Positions 52,177-63,915 of a stretch of DNA of 64,000 nucleotides are shown here, piece by piece. The notes below the pieces were generated by a model that did not search any database, was not told the DNA's origin, and worked only from the letters and a program-made list of their open reading frames with translations. The DNA is from Lingula anatina. Lineage: Eukaryota; Animalia; Brachiopoda. The stretch lies in assembly GCA_051362555.1 (NCBI GenBank), contig CM120641.1:4216001-4280000 (forward strand), in the 5' to 3' direction. Position 1 is the stretch's first letter; each line of letters begins with the position of its first letter. A program made the translations under genes and the position numbers.

Positions 52177-55100
52177 AATGCCCAGAAATGATTCATTTAC
52201 CTTTTTCTGTGCGCTACAATATGACAATGAAAACTAGTGCTAATTTATTTAGTAGAGAAATTAAGTTATCAGATTTTTTACCTGCCAGCATCCTGGACAA
52301 TGGGAGATGAATGGACACTTTCTGTGAGGACACATCATACTTGGTACATTCTACTTTGTGACCACAAACTAAAAGAAAGACGAGATTATATGCACTTTTC
52401 TTACTTCTGTTAGACATAGATGCCAGAGTCATAATATATAATATATATATAAATATAAGAAACAAGAGTTTATATCATTTTCTTATTTACCCAAGCTAAA
52501 CCTGGATTACTTTATTGAGTTAACAATACAATTTTCTTTTCTTTTAAATGTTGGTTTTTCTTTAATTTGCTGCTGAAAACAGAACAAAGAAATATCCAAA
52601 ACATATTAACAATTCAACAATTCAATTATCTAACTGTCACAGATATATATTATAATCAATTTAGCCATATTTTTTGTTACCTGAAACCTTTTCAGTTTTC
52701 CTCCTGGGCTGTTTCTGCTTTTCCAGTGTTTCCATAACTTTCCTGTAGGCTTCTATCAAAACTGACTTCTGTGTAAACAATATCAAAAATAATATTACAT
52801 GCAGCTGAGATAAAAAAAAAAAAATCGAGAGAAGCCCCAGCCTCTAACCCCAAACTGCATGCAGTATTTCAAATGTGTTCACTAATTTTTTCAAATAATG
52901 CCACTTTATTTCAAATGATAAAATATAATTGGTACATAATGACAAAACATTTCTGCATAAATTTTATGTTAGTCAGTCACTTTAACTGTTCATTTCTTAC
53001 ACTGCCTTGTGCCCTTCACACCTAGCTCTTTATGAGACACTTGTTGTAGGAAGATGTTTTATTGTAGAAAATCATGTAACTGAAGCTGTATTTAGCTGCA
53101 TTTGAAATACCTACACCACTAACTATCTAACTACTTCTGATTCAAAAACATGAAGATTTGCATATATTTGCTAATGATTAGGCAAGATTTATATGGTCTA
53201 GACAAATAAATCATTTAAGCCTTTAGACAAAGTTCATGCCAGAGAGAAAGTTGAGACCATGTCCTTACATCAGTTGCACACCATTCTTGCATCAGCTGTA
53301 TGTTGTCTTCTAGCTTGATCTGGAGGTTAAATGCTCCCTCCCACTCTGGCTCAAACTCCAAGTGTTGGCCAGTCTGCCTCTGCACAGCATCCATGCCCTA
53401 CAGAAGGAAGTAAGATACATCCCACTTTCTCAATATTAATAAAAATCTAAATCATTTTGCACCCAAAAGATATTCAATTTTGTCTAGTCTACCTCTGGAC
53501 TGTACACATGCCCTACAGAATGAGATAAGATATATATTTTGTTGTTGTTGTTTTTTTTACATATGAATCTAAATCTAAATCATTTTGCATTCAAAAGATA
53601 TTCAACTTTTTGTGTAACATGCCCTCACCAGATGAACATGAAGTACTCTAAAACAATACTTTAATAATTTTAATGGTTCCACAGTTGGTCACCCTTCACA
53701 ACCTATGGACTAACTTGGTGAAAAAATACTACAAGTCTTAGCTGGAACCCAGTCTTTCATCGATTTTCTCTAAAATCAGGCAGCTACTTATGATCTGTTT
53801 AATGAAAAGTAAACCACAACTCCCACAAATATACTTTCATTTTAAATAGCATTTTGCATCTCATGCACACACTGCCGTTTACCTCCAAAAAGTCACAGAA
53901 ATGATGAGATTCCAAACTAACAAAGTTCCCTTCCAGAACAGGGCAACCATTCACATTTCCAACTTTTCACACAGGGCAACATATCTTACAGAGAATGGAC
54001 TGATAATTGCCACCCATGACAGAAATGGACCAAAAAAAGTCACCATTCACAGTCAGAAGTCGTTTGGTACAATGAGATCTAATTTAGCACCATGTCTTTA
54101 TTTGATCTGATAAGTCAGCATGTTTCACATCCTCACCTACCTGCATTGCTGACAACAGATTCAACATACACTGGAAACCATTCAGAAAATTTCTGCGCAG
54201 ATCATCGTTCCATTCCTCTGGAGAAGGCTTGCAGTTCAGCCCATACCTAGAATACAACACAATTACTTCTAGTCTAATCACAGAGGCCATTCAATTACAG
54301 TTGCCTGAAATATCTGATAACTTCATAGTTACTTCATGTTAACTGGCCAGGAGCATACAGTGATGGCAAGATATAACCCACACTGCATATCACACAACTA
54401 TTCTATACACTATCCAACCTAGCAGGACTCAATGCTAAATTTGACCTTTAATTATAAACCAATAATCAGACCTGCAGGCACTAACAATTTTGTTCTTGAC
54501 CACCTATCTGAAATGTTACAATTAATAGGCAGGCCCATAGCCAGCATTTGTTCAAAGGGACGGGGGCCTTTTACTGACAAGGTGGACCTTTTATCATGAA
54601 ACCTTTGTGTACCTGTAGCAAATTGTATCTAATGGAACCATTTGCCCAGCAAAAAGGGTGGTCCCTTCGAAACACGTAGAACCCCTTTGGCTATGGGCCT
54701 GATAGCCCTATATTGCTAAAAGCTTTCAGAAAATATGAGTAAGCTCTATGACATAGAAGGGTTTGTAATATACATGTACTTACTTCAGGTCATACAGCAC
54801 ATACTGTGCTCTCTTGAACTGTTGACTCCTCTCTGATCTGTCAAAGGTGAATTTACCATCCCCTAAAATAAACAGGTCAAATGATACAAAATTGCAAAGT
54901 CAAATCATCCACACTTCAGGTAGAACTGAGAGCATTCATGGCATGTGTTTCAGGTAAATGTGTGAAATTATAATTTTATAACTGTCATTAAATACTTTCA
55001 TCTTTGATACTTATTTGAGGCCAAGAGTGTAAAATAACAGGGCAAAGAAGGTGGGGAGACAGTACACATTTTAAGGATAGAAATATTCCCCTTGTCTTAC

Positions 55101-58100
55101 TTATCAAAAATGCACAAAAAAATAATTTGATAATTTTTTTAAATATAAAAAGGCCAAAAGGAGGAAATGTGTCAACTAAGTGATTCAATTTATTTATATC
55201 TACTTACTATCCTTTTTAGATTCACATTCTTCCAGAAAGGTCTTCAAAATCACAGAGAGTAAGTCATGTTCTGTGATGAGCATTCGGGCCTGGAAAAATA
55301 TACAAATCATTCATGTGCTAGTCTCAATATATACTTCATGAGCAAGATTTATATTACAGATCCTAATTTGAATACTTATGTCAGAAAACTGTAGCAATAA
55401 TTAAAGCATGCTGAACATTCAATTAGAATTAATGCACCTAAGGAACATTGTCTACTGAAAGCAATGCAGGCAACAGACAAGGCTGCACTTTTGGATACAA
55501 AAATGCACTATATTATATGAAATAAATTAATAAATGTGAACCCCAAATTCACACCACCATTTATTAGTTTCATCATACTAAAAGTGGAATAGCCCAGGCA
55601 ACCCAAGATAGTTTGTAAAATAACATTCAATTGTTTGATTAACTTTTCTTAAACTTGTTTTCAATTTATGAAGTTCTTAGCAGCTGAAACCACCCAGTTG
55701 CACTTTTTTAACCATAGAATATCTTTGTTTAAACTAAACAATAACTGCTGAAACTCCGTCTCTTAACCAATCACTGCAAATACTTTTCCACAAATAGAGA
55801 TATGCATTTTTCAACAAGCATATGATAAAATTCTGCCAGTAAGTGCAAGCAGGAGGGGAAAGGGGGGTAAAATTAAATGAAACAAACTTTAATAATAAGT
55901 ATTATAACCAAAGTTATATTCAAAATAGGATAATCAACACAAAATTGTATCAAAGTCTAGCAAATCTTTGCATCAAAACCAATCTGAGATGCAGTGTTTC
56001 TTCTTTGCTTTTCTATCTTTCTTTTTGTTAGGCTTAGTCTTTGTTTAGTTTTCGGTGTCAATGTTTCAATAATGAAAAAAAATGCAATGCAGTTTAACAC
56101 ATTAGGCAGTCAAAAATTTGTTTCTCTGCCTACATACCAATGTTGGCACAGTGAAGATTTGCACAGATATGGCGGTAGCAGAGACAGAACGGTAATGATC
56201 GTCTGCAATAAAGTCTTGAACCAGCTGACGGTAGTGCTACAAAACAATAGTAATACTAGCTCATGTTATATGTGGTCAACCTTCAATTACATACAGTATA
56301 CTACTGAGCTTTGGTGAACAGAGGTGACTTGCCAGTGAAACCCACAATATGTCTGTGTGGATAGACTCACTGGTAAGACAGTCTGAGACACCATATACCA
56401 TGCTGCACAAATACACTACAGGAGAGAGCATTAGTCATGGTAGGATAAAGACTTTCAACTAAATAATAAAATAAGAAAGGATTGGTTGGAATTGTTTTCA
56501 ATAAATAAAGGAAATCAAAAAAAGGTAAGGTGTGCAAAACTATCTCATGTCTTTCGTGCTCTCTCCCACTTGGTATTCACACAGTATAGCACTACCACAA
56601 ATATCCCGAACAATCAGCAACAGCAGCTTTCCAACCTACCATGGTGAAAACAGTGTAAATCTGAACAGTTAGAGATACAACTGATACAGAGTGATCGTGG
56701 TCATCCTCCACAAAGTTCCAGATCAGCTTCGGGTAGTGCTAACGTATTAAGAAAAGTACTCAGCATTTGTTTAACTGCAATAGTACTGCAATAATCCGTG
56801 AAACAAATACAAACAATATATCATAAGAACAGTTCTTTTGTAATTGAATATAATACTGACACTGCATTACATTTTTACATATATTAGATAATCATTTTTT
56901 TAATTAAAAAACTTCAGCTGTTTTAAAAAGTTAAAGCACTTTTGTTTAGTATTACATTTCAATTTTTGACTTGATACCTGTGTGAAGAGAACTGCAAATT
57001 TTTTCTTGTACTCCTGATCCATGAGAACACTGAATATAGAGAAATGAACAATGCACAAATATGAACTGGATGTCAAGTTAAAATTAATCAAACCCTGTTT
57101 AACGGAACATTGAAGAATCAAATCCACAGAAGTTTAAGTGTGATTGAGGCATTGTGTTAAGACTAAAGATAAGTTCAACTAGGCAGCTCTAACCAACTCC
57201 GCAAGGACTCTCACTGAATGCAATCAAGTTAAAAGGTTAACACACCTCCTGCATTCAGAGAAAGTCCCCACAGAGTTATCAACCTAGTACAATGGTTTTA
57301 TTGTGAGGGTATCCTAGAAGTGGTTTCACTTACCCTGCCATGAAAAGCTGATGGCTTTGAACCCTGGCAGCTGAAAATTCATCAACAATTTTGTAAAGAC
57401 ACAATTTGTTTACATACTTATATACAATAAATTGAATTTTGTAAAGACAGAATTTCATAATATACATTATATACTTATTTAGACATATAGTTTTACACCC
57501 TGTGTACCACAGAAGAATTGCGTTTCAATAGATTCCATACCAAACACAATAAGACTCATCTTCTGAACATAAGTAGTTAGTCCCATGTTATTATTTAATA
57601 ACAGAAAGGCCATGCTGGAAACCTTTCACAATTGACAAGTGCTCCTTTCTTCCATACCTTTCCACAGTTGTGTATCAGCCAACATTATTTTCTCCAGTAA
57701 ACACTGCCCATCCATCTCTTCACTAGGCTCCATTGACACTTTACAAAACAACTGACGTAAACCATCTGGATAAAAATTGACAGAATCAGAAAACTTATTC
57801 AAAAACTAAGAACCCAAGAAATAACATGTTAGAAATTAAACCCACTCCCCCTTCATGTGCAACTTGTACAATGAAGCATGCAATTCATATCTTAAATCCC
57901 ACACTCATTATCATCAATTCTGATCAGTCTACCTGTGTGCTGCTCACCTGACTGTCCTATAAGTCTTAACAACCATGTCAACATCCTCTGGGCAAATATC
58001 TGATGTGCCACCACTGACAAGTGCATGACATGACACTTCAACGCCTTGCTCTGGCCCTGCCTGGTGGTGTTCCTCTGAATACCAGAAACAATAATTACTT

Positions 58101-61100
58101 ATAATCCTAATTAAAGAGGCTGCATCTGAAGTATCATAGTAATAAAACAACGAACAAATTTTTCACAAAAACAAACAGAAATTTTAATCTAAAGACAGTT
58201 TTTGCATTTCAATTAGTTGTCTTCACAAGTCCTTTTACAATGACTTTTCTAATCCATAACATTATCACAAATACCAGTAAGAGTTACATATATAAAATGT
58301 GAATATATCAAGTGAAACACAACAACCACACTGCCCACATATTTACTCACCTCCACATATCTCCTGACTTCTTCACAATCTGTGAATGATCCATTTTTCA
58401 CTGAGCTTCTTCCCTATGAAAATAAGAACAGGAAATACTGTCACCATTTTCCCTATGAATCCCTCAAACCAAAAGTTTGAGAGTGCACTGTTGCTCCTTA
58501 AGTCATTTCTAAGTTATTTGATACTATATTCAGGGTTAAAGCCAGCTACTGAAATGCTAGGTTTTTCCTAGAACAGCCATCTATTTGTTTAATTATTTTT
58601 GCAAAATGCTAAATGAATTTTAATTTGGCAAATGAAGTATCAAAAGGATAATAAAATAATGTAAAATTGGTGAAACAGTATAAAAATTTAGATCCAGCTA
58701 ATAATTTGCATACCTCTCTGTCAACTGTGGTGGCAAAGTCAACAGCTTCCTTCTTGGTACATTCAATGGCTCGAGTCAAAGTGTTGATGACCTTAAATTA
58801 ATCCAGACAAGAGGGTAAAATGGCATAAGATTTATTTCTTGTTATGCACTGCACAACATACACTCTACATTCAATATGACACATGGCATAAAGTTCCATT
58901 AAAAGACATACCAAACCATAGCAAACTTGACGGTTATTAAGTAGTCTTCTTTCTGATTTAATTCTAAATTTCTTGGACTTGTAACATAATCAATACATAG
59001 GTGTACACTATCAAACCATGCAACCAAGTACTTAAGTAGAAATTTCAAGTGAACTAAAAAGAAGTTGATGTTCTTTTGATAAAATGGAGCATACCTGCTC
59101 ATACGTGTGGATTTCATCATTAAAAAGCATGGTACAGTATGTGTTCCCCATTTCTGGGGGTCGAAGGTCAGGAGGAAGGTCATCATACTGCGTCCACAGC
59201 AGCATCTGAACCGCATACTTTATCACAAATGATAAAACTGCTTCAGCTCTCTGCCTGAGGTCTGCTGGCAAATTATCAATGGGGTTCTGTGGGAACAAAA
59301 TCAAAAAGCAGAAAGTCATAATATGCTGACAGATATGTGATTACAACAGTTTACCAAGCATTTAGAATGTCATGTCTTTTTGTACAATTAAGATAAATTA
59401 TTGACATAAGGGTTTTTCTAAAGTTTGTATTGGGACAGATTAGTAGATCTGCAGAATATTTAAATTTTTCAAACAGTACAGTATACATGTACCTTCATAA
59501 CAGAAAAAAATGGCCACATGGTTTAAGACCAATCTTTTACTCTGTTAGCCAACGACTACACCTAAATCCTAGACCCAAATCTTCCTCCAAAAGTAAAGAC
59601 AAATTTTTCCATGTTAATTGCATTTGTTAACCTGGTCCCTGTAGATTTACTAGCCTCTCTCACCTGATTACTCCCTTTTTCTTCCCCTTTTCTATGTATT
59701 TCACACAGTGGGTCAGTCTTCCAGGCCTCCTTGTCGCCACAGTCACAATAGCCACCACCACTGGACGTGCTCATCTGAAGTGTAATGGGAACATTGTCAG
59801 AGAGTGCCAGAGATTTTATACACAGCCATTATTGGGTCAATGCTTTAATTTGCCTGTGGCAAAGCCATGAAGTATCTAGTATTATAAATTACATTTAATA
59901 AAAAAAATTTTAAGTAACATCCTTAACTAATATCTCATATATTTATATAATCATACCCACCCTGTATTTATGCTTTCTATGTGCGCCATTGTTGAAGCAA
60001 TCTATGCAGAGAACACATGTAGGATCAACTGCACAATCTCTGGAAAAACATATTATTTAGATGTAAATAAAACCAAATCTTTTAGAGGACCTATAAGCAA
60101 AGTCTGTACAAATAGTTGGCATTTACTTATCTGTTCCAGTAAATGTAAAAGGTGTGTGCACACAATATCAGGTCATGACCCTAATTATGGTTTTAACATA
60201 TACATTACATATCTATCACTCATCTGCGACAGTCAATTGACTGAAGATTGATACTACCCAAAACTTTCTAAAAACATCATCCACAGCCTATATACTGCCT
60301 GCCAAGAGAGTAAAATCACAATGTTTGAAAATGCAGAGCAGACAGCCGATTCTGTTCTCAAAATTGACTGACCTGCATGAGTATGTTGGTTCTCCACTGC
60401 GGAACACGCGGCCACACAGAATGGGTGGGTGATCTTTCTCCTTCAACTCCTTAAACACAGCATCAGGTGGGCCTCCACATAGAAATGCCTCTATTGGATT
60501 AAACAGAAGCTTCTTGGCTTTTCTCTCCTCTCTGTTAGGGTCATACTCTCCCAGAAGTCCATACACCAGTGGAACAAACTGGCAAAAGTGCTGTCGTAAC
60601 TTATCTGTGATGCATCCTTCCTCATAGGCTTCTTGGAAGCTCTGAAATGAAATTGATTAACATGTCTCAGACACACGTTGCTTTCAAATTATGGTTGTCT
60701 TTCAATTTTGTTTGGTCATATTCAGCTGTCCATAATTCAGAGCATGAATAACCAGATACATTTCTTTTTTATAAAATGAAACAAGATCCCAACTCCTGGT
60801 ATTGTAACACCGACGGCATAAGCACAATCAAGTTGAAGGGAAGGTATGGATAAATTCATCTTTGTTTTGATAATTGTAACAAGGCCTTTCAAACAAATCA
60901 AAAATTTAATTCTATACACAGTTCTAATTTTTCCACTGACCTTCCTAGATCTTCCTACTGTGGTAATAAAAATATTATGTGACACACCCTTTTCATAGAA
61001 AGTCACATCGTGTCTGTCATTACAGGTTTTCTATATCAAAAAATAATTTCTTAGCCGGAAAAGGAAAGCATGATTTACGATAAAAGTATCAATAAATTCG

Positions 61101-61345
61101 CAAAAGATTATGCCAAGTCACGGATACTACCCTGTAATGGTAAAACAACGTATGTGACCAGTCAACACTGGGTATCCAACTTTGACAACTTCTGAAGTGT
61201 CTGTAGGGATTGATTCTCATTCTTAAGAAAGGACATATGTAAAAAAATTACTACACTCTACGCTTTATAAATATGCACCTACCTGAATTACCTGACTTGG
61301 ATTAAATTCAGCAATACTTTTTGCGCCAGACACCGTAAGGGACAT
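39845..61345 (-). CDS. UBR2: E3 ubiquitin ligase of the UBR1/UBR2 family (N-degron pathway N-recognin), many exons
   Basis: ATG at 61345 ([21 protein letters not shown]). UBR box [31 protein letters not shown]...[16 protein letters not shown], ClpS-like [61 protein letters not shown]...[14 protein letters not shown]...[17 protein letters not shown], and C-terminal [17 protein letters not shown]...[11 protein letters not shown]...RRGNPL. Stop at 39845. It is probably the single co-orthologue of vertebrate UBR1 and UBR2. Confidence 0.95.
40985..41451. mobile_element. MITE with about 105-bp TIRs in UBR intron
   Basis: ctaccctct.c.agggcgagtg.tagattttttacagatattcacagatatgtctctagctagatagatggtcatttaaggctcaactcaccctgttgaggaatc (40985-41089) is inverted at 41348-41451, with tttaaa on both flanks. 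Confidence 0.88.
46491..46666. mobile_element. Small MITE
   Basis: TIR tctggggtggcgcta / tagcgctaccccaga. Confidence 0.65.
47050..47244. mobile_element. Degenerate palindromic MITE
   Basis: Outer ctacatagattgatccaa / ttggattgatctatgtag and inner ttaacacgcc / ggcgtgttaa. Related sequence at about 57204-57268. Confidence 0.6.
48460..48629. mobile_element. Interspersed repeat (hAT-like MITE), copy 2
   Basis: Homologous to 9522-9673 and ends in ctggatctggccctg. Confidence 0.6.
50402..50608 (-). repeat. 69-bp triplication of a UBR exon 3' end including the GTAAGT donor
   Basis: tacttactcagtataatgatcagtagg recurs at 50402, 50471 and 50540. The minus-strand frame is open across all three copies. 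Confidence 0.95.
51356..51537. repeat. Three degenerate about 60-bp tandem repeats beside a UBR donor
   Basis: acacaagttaaagac...tgtctta..at.tca.a.tttttctaaaaattac repeated three times. Confidence 0.75.
52135..52176. repeat. (AAAT)n microsatellite
   Basis: About 10 consecutive AAAT units. Confidence 0.95.
53370..53626 (-). repeat. About 115-bp degenerate duplication spanning a UBR acceptor
   Basis: catgccctacagaa...aatctaaatcattttgca..caaaagatattcaa is present twice, with a third catgccct at about 53618. Confidence 0.75.
54530..54701. mobile_element. hAT-like MITE
   Basis: TIR caggcccatagcca / tggctatgggcctg. Confidence 0.7.
56138..56236 (-). CDS. UBR2: UBR alternative exon B (99 nt, canonical-looking variant)
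   Basis: ag|[33 protein letters not shown]|gtatgt, phase 0-0. Confidence 0.9.
56640..56738 (-). CDS. UBR2: UBR alternative exon A (99 nt, paralogue of exon B)
   Basis: ag|[33 protein letters not shown]|gtaggt, phase 0-0, same length as exon B. Confidence 0.85.
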
Positions 61346-61632
61346 AGTTCAAGATACCTTGTCATTTATTGTTTAGTTTCCCAGCCTTGAGTAGCATTAG
61401 AGTATAAATAAATCACAAATGGATAGCTGATCAATTTTGTTTGATAGAATGAAATATATGTGATATATGATAATAAATAAATATTTCCAACGGATTATTA
61501 AATTGAATTCGAAACTATAGATATTTCGATTATATCTCTGCATGTTGTATGTATACTTCCGGTTTGTTTAGTGGGCCAATAGTTATTTTTATGTTACACA
61601 ATTTCAGTTAAATTATATTTCGACCCAGTAGT
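61346..61632. promoter_or_regulatory. Putative bidirectional promoter UBR/NUDT14
   Basis: Only 287 bp between divergent ATGs, with ETS-type ACTTCCGGT (about 61555) and CCAAT (about 61576). Confidence 0.6.
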
Positions 61633-63915
61633 ATGGATAATGTAACTGATGTCACTGTGTCTCCATGCAGCGATTCAGCATATATCAAACCGCTCAGAGT
61701 CTTTTACAAACAGGTTGATACTGCTTTAGAAATTGATTAATTATTTGGTGCAAAAGTGAAACTTTCCCGTTCTTCACTTCTTGCCTCAGTTTTCGGCCTA
61801 ACCATGCAAATTACATGCAGGGTACTTGATTGATGATGATGATGATGATGAGTTTATTCGTTGTAGTTTTATTTTACCAGTACCTCTTGAACAACTCCCC
61901 TCTTACAATCCTGTAAGACCAACGGACCAACCAGCTTTCCCCAAAAATACTTTTATACTGTACCAGAAGTAGGACTTTTCTTTTGAAAATGCAATTAATT
62001 CTTCACTGCTATAGTACACATGTATGGTACAATTATTCTGTGAGCAAGTCTTAAGATATTTAGACTCAAAAACGAAGAGTGTACGTAAAGATATAATTTA
62101 AATACTGATATCTTTCATAACAACAGGTATTTCATTTTTTATTGAAAATTTGTAAAACATCATTGCTCTTATTCTTACTTATGTTTTATTGTAAACTTGA
62201 GACTCCCACATATATTCATTTACTTCAGAATGGTGTTTCTAAAACTTGGGATGCAGTGAAGTCACACGACAGGTAAATGGAATTATTTATTTCCTTGTTA
62301 CATGGATAAATTAAGCCCTGTTGTTTTTGATTATAGTTAAAAGAAATTGCCGTTAAGCAATATTATGATATATTCTTGCTTGGCAGTGAATCTCATATGA
62401 CCCGAAAATTGTCTCTGCTTCTTTTCAGTGTCTGCATTTTGCTTTTCAATAAATCAACAGAATCATTTGTGTTTGTGAAGCAGTTCAGGCCAGGTTGGTA
62501 TTTTTTGTTTGGTCAAGTTTATGTTACCATACATTGGTGGACTTGGTGGGGAGACCCCATGAAAAAGTGGGGGGGGGGGGGGGGGAGGATCAGTGGTCTA
62601 TACTTAATCCGAAACATAATGGCTCTCCAAAACGGCAACAGTGGCATTTTCCCCCCAGCCCTTTATTAATATCGTGTAGTAAGTTTTACCCCTTGAAGTT
62701 ACATTTTCATTTTTACTGACTTAAACCATATAAAATACTTTTAATTTCTAGTGTGGTTATAGTTTTATGGTTTTCAATTTATTTTTGATTTAAGATTTTT
62801 TATTTTCATGTAAGCAATCTACATTCAAAAATCAGAGCTACAGAAACATGAGGACCATTGGAAAATAGACACAGGCAAATATCCTGGGGAGCTGGGTATT
62901 ACATATGAACTATGTGCTGGAATAGTTGACAAGGATAAAAACCTGGATGTCATTGCACAAGAGGAAATATTGGAGGAATGTGGGTTCCAGGTTCCATTAG
63001 AGAAACTGCAAAGAATAACCTCATATAGGTGAGAGCACTCACAAAAATATATATTTTCATGTTATTATGCTTTTCAGTCATTTAAAAAATTTTCATAAGA
63101 ATATTAAAATAAGTATAACGGGTTTTTAGAGAAACTTGTCATTTAATCAGTTCATACTACTGATATTAATTGTGTCCACATTTCATGAGACATTGCCTTT
63201 GATAGATATTGCAAAAATATATATCTAGGACATTTGTAATGTTGTGTCAGATCAGGTGAAGGCACCATAGGAGCGCAATTGACTCTATACTATGCTGAAG
63301 TCTGTGAAGAGGTTCGGATAACTGAAGGAGGTGGCAACTTAGAGGAAGGAGAAATGATTGAATTAATAGAAGTACTACTGAAAGACATAAAACATTGGAT
63401 AATGAATGAGAGCATTTCAAAACCAGCAACTCTGATGTTTGCAGTGATGTGGTTTCTTGATAATAAAACGTGTGACACAAATTCTTCATCATGACAACTG
63501 TTTGATGCAAACTCTTCATCATGTCCACATATTATGACTCAAGCTCTGCATCTTGACAACTGTATGACATATTCTCCATCATGACAATTGCTTGAAACAA
63601 GTACCACAATCACAGGAATGTTTATCAAGTTTTTGTAAACAACATCCTGATATTCCTTCCTCTGTTCCTTGCAGGTCAGGGGTTGGGACCAATGGAGCAT
63701 TACAGACAATTTTCTATGCAGAGGTGACAGGTGAAATGCGTGTGACAGAGGGTGGAGGCAATCACCACGAAGGGGAATTAATCGATGTCGTGGAAGTACC
63801 AGTCAAGGAAAGCAGACGCCTCATTTTAGATGATGAAAATGTCACAAAGCCAGTTGGTCTCATGTTTGCTTTGTTGTGGTTTTATGAAAATAAGCATGGG
63901 GCTTGTTCCACATGA
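61633..63915 (+). CDS. NUDT14: Nudix hydrolase, UDP-glucose pyrophosphatase NUDT14 (isoform using last exon 5b, 214 aa)
   Basis: Exons 61633-61713, 62229-62272, 62429-62493, 62815-63028 and 63675-63915. YIKPLRVFYKQNGVSKTWDAVKSHDSVCILLFN...VFVKQFRPAIY...GITYELCAGIVDK...AQEEILEECG (Nudix box)...SGVG...FYAEV...GGG..EGELIDV. AATAAA at about 63968. Confidence 0.93.
63251..63494 (+). CDS. NUDT14: NUDT14 alternative terminal exon 5a (215-aa isoform)
   Basis: cag acceptor in the same phase as 5b. Open frame SGEGTIGAQLTLYYAEVCEEVRITEGGGNLEEGEMIELIEV...KPATLMFAVMWFLDNKTCDTNSSS*, collinear with exon 5b. Confidence 0.8.
63475..63590 (+). repeat. Degenerate about 30-bp tandem repeat at the end of exon 5a
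   Basis: A tct(t/g/c)catc(a/t)tg(a/t)c(a/c)a unit seen about four times, overlapping the 5a stop codon. Confidence 0.6.
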
